Of a DNA stretch of 64,000 nt, positions 9,325 through 18,960 are shown piece by piece. Both the position numbers and the translations under genes were made by a program. The notes under the pieces were generated by a model. The model did no database searches. It saw nothing but the letters and a program-made list of their open reading frames with translations, and was not told the DNA's origin. The DNA is from an uncultured Verrucomicrobiae bacterium (lineage in GTDB: Bacteria > Verrucomicrobiota > Verrucomicrobiia > Limisphaerales > Palsa-1400). The stretch spans positions 32,001 through 96,000 of the forward strand of contig CAVPOM010000007.1 in the NCBI GenBank assembly GCA_963707025.1. The letters are read 5' to 3'. How positions within the stretch are numbered: the first letter of the stretch is position 1; every line of letters begins with the position of its first letter.

Positions 9325-9717
9325 TCAGACCTTGTCCTTCTTCCGATAGGCCAGGCCCTGGAAGTGCGCGACCAGGTCGCCCTGGTCGTCCTTGATTTCC
9401 ACCGAATAGGTCCCGATTTTGAAATTCCTGGCCAGTTCCCGCGCCTCGGCCCAAAGCGTGCCCGTCCCGGCGGCTTTCATGAAGGTGATGCTGGCGTTGA
9501 CCGCCACCGCCACCGTGCCGTGCGAGTTGGCCGCCGCGGCGAAGGTGAAGTCGGCCAGTGTAAAAATGGCGCCGCCCTGCACAGTGCCGATGCCATTGAG
9601 ATGGTGCGGATGGAGCGTCATGCGGGCCGTGGCGCGGCCGGGTGAAACGGAGAGCAATTCAATATTGCATCGCCCGGCAAATTGGTCGTTGCGCAGCCGC
9701 TCTTTGACGTGTTCCAT
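9325..9717 (-). CDS. paaI: PaaI family hotdog thioesterase
   Basis: HLNGIGTVQGGAIFTLADFTFAAAANS; adjacent to paaK. Confidence 0.85.
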   Translation of the reverse strand: MEHVKERLRNDQFAGRCNIELLSVSPGRATARMTLHPHHLNGIGTVQGGAIFTLADFTFAAAANSHGTVAVAVNASITFMKAAGTGTLWAEARELARNFKIGTYSVEIKDDQGDLVAHFQGLAYRKKDKV

Positions 9718-9774
9718 GCAAGTCCTGTTCTCTGCTGTAAATTTGCGCCAAACTGTGGCGATGCCTGGCCGGGT

Positions 9775-10215
9775 TCAACCTTCGAACCGCCGGAACAACT
9801 CGGCGCTTCCCACCACGCGAATCTTGTGCTTGCGCAGCACGGCCAGGGCTTTGTCCGGGTCCTGGAAGCGGAACAGGAGCAGGCCTTTGCCGTCGCGCTG
9901 CAGGGTGAAGGCATGCATGTATTCCAGGTTGAGGCCGGCTTCTTCCAGCACCACCAGGACCCGGGCCAAAGCGCCCGGGCGGTCGGCCACTTCGATGGCC
10001 AGCACGTCGGTCACCTTCACCAGCAAACCGTTCTGCTCCAGCAGGCGTTTGGCCCCCTGCCAGTCGCGCACCAGCAGGCGCAGGATGCCGTATTGCCGGG
10101 CCTCGGCAATGCTGAGAGTGAGGATGTTGAGGTTGGCGCCCGCCAGAAGTTTGACCGGAGCGCTCAGCGCGCCCGGTTTGTTTTCCAGGAACAGGGAGAG
10201 TTGTTTGAGTTTCAT
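9775..10215 (-). CDS. Double ACT domain protein
   Basis: QLSLFLENKPGAL...DVLAIEVADRPGAL; typical paaK neighbour. Confidence 0.9.
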   Translation of the reverse strand: MKLKQLSLFLENKPGALSAPVKLLAGANLNILTLSIAEARQYGILRLLVRDWQGAKRLLEQNGLLVKVTDVLAIEVADRPGALARVLVVLEEAGLNLEYMHAFTLQRDGKGLLLFRFQDPDKALAVLRKHKIRVVGSAELFRRFEG

Positions 10216-10231
10216 GTCGAGCCGGGAAAAA

Positions 10232-11563
10232 TCACATTTTGCGCTGATCTATCACGCGTTTGGCCTTGCCCTCGCTCCGCTGAATGGAATGCGGCTGGAT
10301 GAGACGCACCCGCGGCCGCAACCCGGTCATGGTTTCGATGGATTTGGTCAGGCGGGCTTGCAATTGCTCCAGTCCGCCCACCGTGTCGCTGAATACCTCC
10401 TGGGTCACCTCCACCTGCACTTCCATTTCATCCAGTCCCTTCTCCCGCGTGAGAAGGATCTGGTAATGCGGCAGCGCGCCCTCCACCTTTAACAGCGCGG
10501 TTTCGATTTGCGAGGGGTAAACATTGACGCCGCGGATGATGATCATGTCGTCGCTCCGGCGGCTGATGCGTTTGATCCGGCGCAAGGTCCGTCCGCAGCC
10601 GCAAGGTTCGGAGGTCAGGGCGGTGATGTCGCGCGTGCGATACCGGATCATGGGCATGGCCTGCTTGCTCAAGGTCGTCAGCACCAGTTCCCCTTCCACC
10701 CCTTCCGGGCACGGCTGGCCCGTCGCCGCGTCAATCACTTCCGGATAGAAGAAATCCTCGAAGATATGCGGCCCGGCCTGGCAGGGGCATTCCATCGCCA
10801 CCCCCGGTCCGATGATTTCCGACAGCCCGTAGATGTCATACGCCTTGATGCCGCTGTCTTGTTCAATGCGCTGGCGCATGGATTCGGTCCACGGCTCCGC
10901 CCCAAAAACGCCGGCGCGAAGCGGCAAATCCTTCAGGTTGACCCCCAGCTCGGCCGCCTGGTCAATGATGTGCAGGAAATAACTGGGCGTGCAGCAAATG
11001 GCCGTCACCTTGAAATCCTTGAGCACCATGATTTGGCGCTGGGTGTTGCCCCCCGAAATGGGAATCACCGTCGCGCCCAGGGCCTCCGCCCCGTAATGCG
11101 CCCCCAACCCGCCCGTGAAAAGCCCGTAGCCGTAAGCATTCTGGATGATGTCCCCCCGATGCAGCCCGCAGGCGGCAAAGCTGCGGCACATCACGTTGGT
11201 CCACACATCCACGTCTTGCTGGGTGTAGGCCACCACGATCGGCTTGCCCGTCGTGCCCGTCGAGGCGTGCAGCCGGACGATTTCGCTCATCGGGCTGGCG
11301 AACAATCCGAACGGATAGCTGTCGCGCAGATCCGCCTTGTCGCAGAACGGCAGGCGCGTGAGGTCGTCCAGCGATTTGACAGCGCCAGGTTCCAGGCCGC
11401 GCTCGCTCATGCGGCGCCGGAACAGGGCGACGTGGTCATACGCCTGCGCCACCATCTTTTGCAGGCGCGCCAACTGCAATTCAACCAACTGGCGGGGCGG
11501 AAGAAAATCCGGCGCGCTGATGGGATCAAACCGCGCCCCTTTCTCGATGGAGTGTTTGCTCAT
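10232..11563 (-). CDS. paaK: Phenylacetate-CoA ligase family protein (copy 1)
   Basis: HASTGTTGKP, YGYGLFTGGLG, YGLSE, RYRTRD, GKAKRVID; start overlaps the upstream stop (ATGA). Confidence 0.93.
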   Translation of the reverse strand: MSKHSIEKGARFDPISAPDFLPPRQLVELQLARLQKMVAQAYDHVALFRRRMSERGLEPGAVKSLDDLTRLPFCDKADLRDSYPFGLFASPMSEIVRLHASTGTTGKPIVVAYTQQDVDVWTNVMCRSFAACGLHRGDIIQNAYGYGLFTGGLGAHYGAEALGATVIPISGGNTQRQIMVLKDFKVTAICCTPSYFLHIIDQAAELGVNLKDLPLRAGVFGAEPWTESMRQRIEQDSGIKAYDIYGLSEIIGPGVAMECPCQAGPHIFEDFFYPEVIDAATGQPCPEGVEGELVLTTLSKQAMPMIRYRTRDITALTSEPCGCGRTLRRIKRISRRSDDMIIIRGVNVYPSQIETALLKVEGALPHYQILLTREKGLDEMEVQVEVTQEVFSDTVGGLEQLQARLTKSIETMTGLRPRVRLIQPHSIQRSEGKAKRVIDQRKM

Positions 11564-11982
11564 GGGGATTCCATTGTCCGGTCCAGCATCGCCCGCAACC
11601 AATCGGGCGGGCGCACCGGTTTGCGGGTGGCATTGGTGAAGGCATGGATGGTATAACCGCGCACCACCGGTTGGCCGGTGGACTGATGGTTGATCTGCGC
11701 GTCGAAGCGCAGGCGCGCGCGCCCGGCAAGCTGCGCGCCAGTCGCCACCGCCAGCATATCGTCAAAGCGCGCTCCGCCTTGAAATTCCAGGTGCGCTTCC
11801 ACCAGGGGCAGAAACACGCCCCGCGCCTCCAGCGCGGCGTAGGAAAGACCCAGCCGGTGGCGCAGCCATTCCGTCCGCCCGCACTCGAACCACTCCAGGG
11901 CGCGCGAGTTGTAAAAAGTTCCCATCTGGTCCGTTTCGCTGTAGCGGACACGCAAGTTCAACACGTCCACGGGTTGGCTCAA
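11560..11982 (-). CDS. YbgC/FadM family acyl-CoA thioesterase
   Basis: RVRYSETDQMG..YNSRALEWFECGR; start uncertain (TTG 11982 or GTG 11970). Confidence 0.85.
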   Translation of the reverse strand: MSQPVDVLNLRVRYSETDQMGTFYNSRALEWFECGRTEWLRHRLGLSYAALEARGVFLPLVEAHLEFQGGARFDDMLAVATGAQLAGRARLRFDAQINHQSTGQPVVRGYTIHAFTNATRKPVRPPDWLRAMLDRTMESP

Positions 11983-11989
11983 CCCGGCT

Positions 11990-12529
11990 TTAGGCGGCGG
12001 CGGCATGGGGGGTCTGGTTTTGGCTGGCGCGGCCCAGCAGGAAGGCCTGCCGGTTGGCCTCGAAGAATTTCGGCGCAAAGGCCGCGCCGACCGCCTCAAG
12101 CCAGGCTGGTTCGGCCAGCGGCAGGTGGGCGCTCAAAGCGCCCAGCAGCGCCACGTTCAACATCTTTTTCTGCGGCAACTGCTCCGCCTCTATGGCCGAG
12201 GGATCAATCGTCAGGCCGCCCGGACGCAGCAGATGACGGTTCGGCTCCAGTTGCGTCGGTTCGAGCGCCAGGAGAAAATCCGCTTCCCCCGCCGGCACCA
12301 TGGGGCTGTGGACTTGCGCGCCAAACCGGACGTCGCAGGTGACCGAGCCGCCGCGCTGGCTCATGCCCTTGATTTCGCTCTTCTTGACATCGAAGCCGGC
12401 GCGCAGCGCCACCTCCGCGATGATGTCCGTGGCGGTCAGGACGCCCTGGCCGCCCAGGCCGGCCACGACAATGTTACACGGCGGGCGCGCCAGGTTCTCC
12501 GATTTCTTGGCAGGTGCAGCGTTTTTCAT
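11990..12529 (-). CDS. iorB: Indolepyruvate:ferredoxin oxidoreductase beta subunit
   Basis: AGLGGQGVL, KSEIKGMSQRGGSV. Confidence 0.92.
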   Translation of the reverse strand: MKNAAPAKKSENLARPPCNIVVAGLGGQGVLTATDIIAEVALRAGFDVKKSEIKGMSQRGGSVTCDVRFGAQVHSPMVPAGEADFLLALEPTQLEPNRHLLRPGGLTIDPSAIEAEQLPQKKMLNVALLGALSAHLPLAEPAWLEAVGAAFAPKFFEANRQAFLLGRASQNQTPHAAAA

Positions 12530-14099
12530 ATTCCTTGAGTTCTCGGGCAATCAGGATGCAGGGCCTCCGCGCGATGATGACGGCCAGTTCGCGGCTCTTC
12601 AGGGCTTCCGCCAGCGCGTGGTCAAAGGCGTCGGACCCCGTGCGCGGTTCGATGACCTGGACGCGGCGAATCCCGCACGAACGCGCCAGGTCTTCCAGCA
12701 CGAGCTTGCCCGTCGGTTCATGTTTGAGATTGCGCCCGGTGCCGGGGTGTTCCTGGTGGCCGGTCATGGCGGTGGTGGCATTGTCCAGAATAATCACCAC
12801 ATGCCCGTTGGGCGGGGGATTGTAGGCCATTTCCACCAAGCCGCTGATGCCGCTGTGAACGAAAGTGCTGTCGCCAATGACGCTGACGACCCGGCAGGCC
12901 TGCTCAGGCGGCAGCACATGGCGCAATCCCAATCCCACCCCCAGGCTCGCTCCCATACAGACGCACGAATCCATCGCTTCGAACGGCCGCAACGCCCCCA
13001 GGGTGTAGCAACCAATGTCCCCGGCCACGATGCAGTCCTGGCGGCGCAGCGCCTCGAACACGATGCGGTAAGGACAGCCCTCACAGAGCTGCGGCGGCTT
13101 TCCCGGCGGCGGCGCGGGTTCGGGACTGGTGTCGGCGCGCAGGATGCGCCGCACCCGCGCCACATCCAATTCACCAAAGCGATACATCTCCGCCTTGCCG
13201 CTGACGGCAATCCCCGCCGCGCGGATGGCCTCGACCAGATAAGGATCGCCTTCCTCGATCACCACGCAGCGTTCCACGCTTTTGGCGAATTCCGCGATCT
13301 GGCGCATGGGCAGCGGATGGGTGAAGCCCAGTTTGAGCACGCGGGCCTCCGGCGCCGCTTCGCGCGCGTGCATAAAGGAAATCCCGGAGGTGATGATGCC
13401 CAGCGATGCGCCGCCCGGCACCACCCGGTTCAGCCCGCAATCCTCGTTCCATTCCGCCATCTCCGCCAGCTTCTGCCGCAACCGCCGGTGGGCCGGGCGC
13501 GCGTGGCCGGGAACCATCACGCGACCTTTCAAATCGCGCGCGAAGTGCGGCGTTTTGGGCGTGTCGCGCCCGGCGCGCGGCTGCACCACGGTGGCGCTGT
13601 GGCAAACCCGCGTGGTGGCGCGCAGCAGGACGGGAATCTGCCAGCGCTCGGAAATTTCGATGGCGGCGCGCATGAAATCATAAGCCTCCTGCGAGTCCGA
13701 CGGCTCCAGCATGGGCACGGCCGCGGCGACGGCATAGCGGCGGTTGTCCTGTTCGTTTTGGCTGGAATGCATTCCGGGATCATCGGCGGAAACGATGACC
13801 AGCGCCCCGGCCACTCCGGTGTAGGCCACCGTGAAGAGCGGGTCGGAGGCCACGTTCAGGCCCACATGTTTCATCGTGGCCAAAGCCCTGGCTCCGCCAA
13901 AGGCCGCGCCGATGGCGACCTCCAGCGCCACCTTCTCGTTCGGCGACCATTGGGCGCGGCCGCCCAGCCGGGAAAAATTCTCCAGAATCTCGGTGGAGGG
14001 CGTGCCGGGATAGCCGGCGCCCAGGGCCACGCCCGCGTGCCAACTGGCCAGGGCCATGGCTTCGTCGCCGCTCAACAACAGCCTGTTTCCATCTTCCAT
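12474..14099 (-). CDS. iorA: Indolepyruvate:ferredoxin oxidoreductase alpha subunit
   Basis: YPGTPSTE, MKHVGLNVA, SSQNEQD, CEGCP, GDIGCY, GDSTF..DN TPP motif. Confidence 0.93.
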   Translation of the reverse strand: MEDGNRLLLSGDEAMALASWHAGVALGAGYPGTPSTEILENFSRLGGRAQWSPNEKVALEVAIGAAFGGARALATMKHVGLNVASDPLFTVAYTGVAGALVIVSADDPGMHSSQNEQDNRRYAVAAAVPMLEPSDSQEAYDFMRAAIEISERWQIPVLLRATTRVCHSATVVQPRAGRDTPKTPHFARDLKGRVMVPGHARPAHRRLRQKLAEMAEWNEDCGLNRVVPGGASLGIITSGISFMHAREAAPEARVLKLGFTHPLPMRQIAEFAKSVERCVVIEEGDPYLVEAIRAAGIAVSGKAEMYRFGELDVARVRRILRADTSPEPAPPPGKPPQLCEGCPYRIVFEALRRQDCIVAGDIGCYTLGALRPFEAMDSCVCMGASLGVGLGLRHVLPPEQACRVVSVIGDSTFVHSGISGLVEMAYNPPPNGHVVIILDNATTAMTGHQEHPGTGRNLKHEPTGKLVLEDLARSCGIRRVQVIEPRTGSDAFDHALAEALKSRELAVIIARRPCILIARELKEYEKRCTCQEIGEPGAPAV

Positions 14100-14103
14100 A
14101 TCG

Positions 14104-14148
14104 TGCTTTTTACAAGTTCAACATTAAGTGTTGCATAACATAAAAGCA
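14104..14148. promoter_or_regulatory. Dyad-symmetric operator-like site in the divergent iorA/paaK promoter
   Basis: TGCTTTT-N8-CAACA-N5-TGTTG-N8-AAAAGCA; both inverted pairs are centred on 14126. Confidence 0.6.
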
Positions 14149-14172
14149 AATTATATCATCTTGTCTAATCCA

Positions 14173-15462
14173 ATGTTTTGGCAACCTGAACTGGAAACGA
14201 TCCCCCGCGCCGCGCTGGAGGCCCTGCAAAGCAAACGCCTCCAGGAGACCGTCCGCCGCCTGGAGCGGGTACCGTTTTATCGCGGGAAGTTCCTGGCCGC
14301 CGGCCTCAAGCCGGAGGAGATAAAATCGGCCGCCGACCTGCGCCGGCTCCCGTTCACCACCGCCGCGGATTTGCGGGACAATTACCCGGACGGATTGCTG
14401 GCGGTCCCGCGCGAGGAAGTGCTCCGGCTCCACACCTCCAGCGGGACCACCGGCAAACCCAAGGCCCTATTCTTTTCCAAGGCGGATGTGGACACCGCGG
14501 CGGAACTGATCGCCCGGGCCTTGTGCATGACGGGGGTGACCCGGCGCGACGTGTTCCAGAACATGATGAGCTACGGACTTTTCACGGGGGGGTTGGTGAT
14601 GCACTACGGGGCGGAGAAAATCGGCTGCATGGTCATCCCGGCCGGACCGGGCACCTCGGAGCGCCAGTTGCTGCTCATGCAGGACTTTGGCACCACCGTC
14701 ATCCACATCACCCCCAGCTACGCCTTCTACTTTGCCGATTTTCTGGAGAAAAAGGGGATTGACCCGCGCACCAGCCTGACCTTGCGCAAGGCCTTCGTCG
14801 GCGCCGAGCCATATACGGAAGAAACCAGCCGCAAGATCGAAGCCGCCCTGGGCATTGATGTCTATAACTCCTACGGCTTGACCGAAATGAACGGACCCGG
14901 CGTCGCTTTCGAGTGCGAGGGCAAATGCGGCCTGCATCTATGGGAGGACAATTTCCTGCTGGAGATCATCAACCCCGCCACGGGCGAACCGGTGCCCGAT
15001 GGGGAGACGGGCGAATTGGTCCTGACCAGCATCAACCGCGAAGCCATGCCGTTGTTGCGCTATCGCACGCGCGACCTGACTTCCCTCATCCCCGGACCCT
15101 GCCCCTGCGGCCGCACCCACCGGCGCATCCACCGCATCACCGGGCGCTCCGATGACATGTTCATCGTGCGCGGCGTGAATATTTTCCCGCAGCAAATCGA
15201 GCGTGTGCTCATGGCCATCCCGCAGATCGGGCGCAATTACCTCATCCAATTGGGTGGGTTGGACGACCTGACGGTCAAGGTGGAATTATCCCCCGCGGCT
15301 TTCGACGGCGAGGTCGGCCACCTGGCGCAACTGCAAAACCAGGTGGCGGAAATGCTCCGCGCCGAACTCTGGGTCCGGCCCAAGGTGGACCTGGTGGCCG
15401 CCGGCTCGCTGCCCGTCGCCGAAGGCAAGGCCAAGCGGGTCATTGACAAGCGGTCCCTTTGA
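14173..15462 (+). CDS. paaK: Phenylacetate-CoA ligase family protein (copy 2)
   Basis: HTSSGTTGKP, YGLFTGGL, YGLTE, RYRTRD, GKAKRVID. Confidence 0.93.
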   Translation: MFWQPELETIPRAALEALQSKRLQETVRRLERVPFYRGKFLAAGLKPEEIKSAADLRRLPFTTAADLRDNYPDGLLAVPREEVLRLHTSSGTTGKPKALFFSKADVDTAAELIARALCMTGVTRRDVFQNMMSYGLFTGGLVMHYGAEKIGCMVIPAGPGTSERQLLLMQDFGTTVIHITPSYAFYFADFLEKKGIDPRTSLTLRKAFVGAEPYTEETSRKIEAALGIDVYNSYGLTEMNGPGVAFECEGKCGLHLWEDNFLLEIINPATGEPVPDGETGELVLTSINREAMPLLRYRTRDLTSLIPGPCPCGRTHRRIHRITGRSDDMFIVRGVNIFPQQIERVLMAIPQIGRNYLIQLGGLDDLTVKVELSPAAFDGEVGHLAQLQNQVAEMLRAELWVRPKVDLVAAGSLPVAEGKAKRVIDKRSL

Positions 15463-15484
15463 ACCGGCCCCAATCACCCACTTT

Positions 15485-15913
15485 ATGAACACAGTCAAAC
15501 TGGTGGCGGTCTTCGCCGAAAACCGGCCGGGCCAGGCCGCCCGCGTCACCGGCATTCTCGCCCGCGCCAACGTCAACATCCGCTGCATCACCGTGGCCAG
15601 CAGCGGCGCCTTCGGCGTGATGAAATTGCTCGTCAACGACCCCGATCAGGCCTGTCGCGCTCTGCAACACGAGGGCTTCGCCGCCACCTTGATGGACGTC
15701 ATCGCCGTGGAAACGCCGGACCAGCCGGGCGCCTTGTACACCGTGGCCGACTGCCTGGCGGCCCATCAGATCAACCTCTCCAACACCTCCGGTTTCGTGG
15801 CCAACAACCGCGCCATCCTGGTCATCGAAGTCCAGGACCCGGCCCAAGCCGGCGAGATTCTCACCAAACAGGGACTGCGCGTCCTGACGCAAACGGAGGC
15901 GCTGGCCATTTAG
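15485..15913 (+). CDS. Double ACT domain protein
   Basis: VFAENRPG...IAVETPDQPGAL. Confidence 0.88.
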   Translation: MNTVKLVAVFAENRPGQAARVTGILARANVNIRCITVASSGAFGVMKLLVNDPDQACRALQHEGFAATLMDVIAVETPDQPGALYTVADCLAAHQINLSNTSGFVANNRAILVIEVQDPAQAGEILTKQGLRVLTQTEALAI

Positions 15914-15937
15914 TCAAACCTCCTTCTGGAGACGCCT

Positions 15938-17218
15938 ATGAATGAAAAAAGTTCGCCTGCCAATAAAGGCTGGACGGTGGTCTTTGCCGGCCTGGCCATC
16001 AACCTCATCCTCGGAGTGCTCTACGCCTGGGGGGTCATTGCCAAGGCGCTCGGAGCCGATTGGCACTGGACAAAGACACAAGCCACCCTGCCCTTCACCG
16101 TGGCCACGGTTTGTTTTGCCGGCATGATGGTGTTCGCGGGACGATGGCAGGACAAATTCGGCCCGCGCCTGGTGGCGACGGCCGGTGGCATCATGCTCGG
16201 TCTCGGCCTGGTCGCCTCGGCGCTGGTTCATTCGCCCACCGCCATGATGTTGACCTTTGGCGTTGGTGCCGGATTGGGGATTGGCCTGGGTTACTCGGCC
16301 ACAACTCCGCCCGCCATCAAGTGGTTTCCTCCTGCGCGCAAGGGCGTCATCACCGGCATCGTGGTCAGCGGCGTGGGCTTGGCGGCGGTTTATATCTCTC
16401 CGCTCAGCCAGTACCTTTTGGGAATCACCACCATTCCGTGGACCTTTGCCTGGCTCGGCATTGGCACGCTGGCTTTGGTGCCGCTACTGGCGCAACTGTT
16501 GCGCAACCCGCCGGAACAGCCGTTCGCGCCGGCATCGGCCACTAAAGCGGCGGCGGCTCCCCGGCGCGAATCGGATTGGCAGGAAATGCTGCGCACCTTG
16601 CCGTTCTACCAACTTTGGCTGCTGATGGTGCTCTCCGCCTCGGCGGGCATGATGATCATCACGCAGGTGGCCATGATCGCCAAGGAGCAGGCGAACTGGA
16701 GTTGGGGATTTGTGCCGATCGCCACGTTGGCGATCTTCAACACCCTGGGCCGCCTTCTCAGCGGAGCGCTCTCGGACAGAATCGGGCGGACCCGGACGAT
16801 GACGCTGGCGTTTGTGTTGCAGGCGGTGAATATGCTGGCCTTCAGCCATTACGACACCAAGGAGTTGGTGGTTTTCGGTTCCGCCTTCACCGGCCTTTGC
16901 TATGGAACGATCTTCACCCTGATGCCCGCCGCCACGGCGGATTTCTACGGCATTCGCAACCTCGGCGTCAACTATGGTTTGGTCTTCACCGCTTTCGGTG
17001 TCGCCGGTGTGGTCGGGCCCTTGCTGGGCGCGGGCATTAACGATCACTTCAAATCGTATTCCTATGCCTATCAAATCTCGGCGGGCATGCTGGTGGTGGG
17101 GGCCGTGCTGGCCATGCTGATCAAACCGCCGGGGACGCGCGCCCTGCCGGTGCCGCCCCAACCTGAAGTCTCACTGGTGAACCATACCCAACAACCCAAA
17201 CCAACCCCAACCGCATGA
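15938..17218 (+). CDS. MFS transporter, oxalate/formate antiporter (OFA)-like
   Basis: ~12 TM; GRWQDKFGPR, KWFP.RKG, ADFYG..NLGVNYG. Confidence 0.9.
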   Translation: MNEKSSPANKGWTVVFAGLAINLILGVLYAWGVIAKALGADWHWTKTQATLPFTVATVCFAGMMVFAGRWQDKFGPRLVATAGGIMLGLGLVASALVHSPTAMMLTFGVGAGLGIGLGYSATTPPAIKWFPPARKGVITGIVVSGVGLAAVYISPLSQYLLGITTIPWTFAWLGIGTLALVPLLAQLLRNPPEQPFAPASATKAAAAPRRESDWQEMLRTLPFYQLWLLMVLSASAGMMIITQVAMIAKEQANWSWGFVPIATLAIFNTLGRLLSGALSDRIGRTRTMTLAFVLQAVNMLAFSHYDTKELVVFGSAFTGLCYGTIFTLMPAATADFYGIRNLGVNYGLVFTAFGVAGVVGPLLGAGINDHFKSYSYAYQISAGMLVVGAVLAMLIKPPGTRALPVPPQPEVSLVNHTQQPKPTPTA

Positions 17219-18768
17219 ATCCAACCCGATTATTGACAGCGCTGGCCCTGGCCGGATCGCTGGCCCTGGGCCGCGCCCAATCCAACAACACCCTGTCCGC
17301 CAACGCCGGAACCCCGCCGCCGGCGCCCGCGCCGAGCAGCCTGGAACAAACCATCAACGACATCAAAAATCCGGTTTCCTGGCTGACGTGGGGCGGCGAC
17401 TTGCGCCTGCGCGACGAATACTTCAACAACGCCCTGAGCTTGGGCGCGCCCAATGGCGGCATCGGTTTTGGCAACGTGCATGAACAGGAGTACCTGCGCT
17501 TCCGGGGCCGGCTTTGGGCCAGCTTGATGCCGAGCAATGACCTGTCTTTCAATGTCCGCCTGGCGTCGGAGCCGCGGGAATTCATCAAATCCTCCACCTT
17601 TGACACCTTCTACCAGGAGGAAGGCCCGCAATGGCGCTACGGCATCCTCGACATCTTGAATGTCCGATGGAAAAATCCCGTCCATCTGCCCGCCACCCTC
17701 ACCGTGGGACGCCAGGACATTTTCCTGGGTGACGGGTTCCTGATCGGAGACGGAACCCCGGAAGACGGCTCCTTCACGACCTTTCTCGACTCCGCGCGTC
17801 TGACTTACAAACTCGATGACCTCCACACGACGATTGACGCCATCGGCCTGATCCAGGACGCGCGGCCCGACGGCTGGCTGCCGACCCTCGGTCCTTCCAC
17901 CGCCACGGGAGATCATGTGGAACCGCTCCTCTTGACAGATCAGAACGAAAAGGGCGCCATCTTGTGGGTCGCCAACAAGAGCCTTCCCTGGGCCAACCTG
18001 GACGGATACTTCATGTACAAACACGATGACCGCCTCAACGACCCCGTCACCTTCGGAGACAACGGTGATATTTACACGGTGGGCGGCCGCGTCTCCGGCT
18101 TGGTGCAGGAGCATTGGAAATACTCGCTCGAAGGCGCCTACCAGTTCGGGCGAAAACAGGACCCGGAACTCAACGACGGCGGCGCCAACCCTTTCCTGGC
18201 GTCCGCCGCGCAAACCACGGACTTTCGCAGCTTGAATGCTTGTGCCCTCAACGGCAAGCTGGCCTGGCTCTTCAAAGACGCGTTGAATGACCAGCTTTCT
18301 CTCTCCTTCGAATTCTTTTCCGGCGACAACCCCAACAGCAAGGGCGACGAGATGTTCGACGTGCTCTGGGGCCGCTGGCCCAGTTGGAGCGAGATGTACA
18401 ACATTTACAGCTACGTGCAGGAAACGCGCGTCGGCCAGACGGCCAATCTCATTCGCTTCGGCCCCACCTGGAACCTCAATCCGCTGCCGAAGATGGAATT
18501 GAGCACCAGTTATTTTATGCTGCTGGCCGACCAGGACACGCCGACCCGCGACTTGAACAATGCTTTTGGAGTTCCGCCCGCGGCCGGGACGGACGCGTTT
18601 TCCCGCGCGGGCAATGACCGGGGCCAATACCTCCAAGCCGTGCTCAAATACAAGTTCAACCAGCACCTCAGCGGCCATCTGTGGAGCGAGTTCCTCTTCC
18701 CGGGCGACTTCTATGTCAACCATCAGATGATGAGCTTTCTCCGCGCCGAGGTCATGCTCACCTTTTAG
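17215..18768 (+). CDS. Outer-membrane channel, alginate-export-like beta-barrel
   Basis: Signal peptide; GGDLRLRDE, VGRQD..GDG, EGAYQFG, SGD; C-terminal Phe. Confidence 0.75.
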   Translation: MNPTRLLTALALAGSLALGRAQSNNTLSANAGTPPPAPAPSSLEQTINDIKNPVSWLTWGGDLRLRDEYFNNALSLGAPNGGIGFGNVHEQEYLRFRGRLWASLMPSNDLSFNVRLASEPREFIKSSTFDTFYQEEGPQWRYGILDILNVRWKNPVHLPATLTVGRQDIFLGDGFLIGDGTPEDGSFTTFLDSARLTYKLDDLHTTIDAIGLIQDARPDGWLPTLGPSTATGDHVEPLLLTDQNEKGAILWVANKSLPWANLDGYFMYKHDDRLNDPVTFGDNGDIYTVGGRVSGLVQEHWKYSLEGAYQFGRKQDPELNDGGANPFLASAAQTTDFRSLNACALNGKLAWLFKDALNDQLSLSFEFFSGDNPNSKGDEMFDVLWGRWPSWSEMYNIYSYVQETRVGQTANLIRFGPTWNLNPLPKMELSTSYFMLLADQDTPTRDLNNAFGVPPAAGTDAFSRAGNDRGQYLQAVLKYKFNQHLSGHLWSEFLFPGDFYVNHQMMSFLRAEVMLTF

Positions 18769-18844
18769 GCCGCCAGGCTCCTTTTGTCTCGTTGGCTGCC
18801 AAGAATGTGCCTCCCGGTGTTGGCAGGCCGCAATGCCTCTGTCA

Positions 18845-18912
18845 TGGGTGGCAGGGCGGGTCCCCAATTATCGGGACCCGCCGCACGACGGCAGTGCTGC
18901 GTTGGTCCCTCT
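18845..18912 (+). repeat. GTAG-type REP element (degenerate copy)
   Basis: GGCAGGGCGGGTCCCCAATTATCGGGACCCGCCGCACGACGG matches copies at 44120, 57700 and 59942. Confidence 0.85.
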
Positions 18913-18960
18913 GCAACCCCGGCGCCGGGCGCTGTCCGAGCCAGGCGAAGCCGCATTTTA

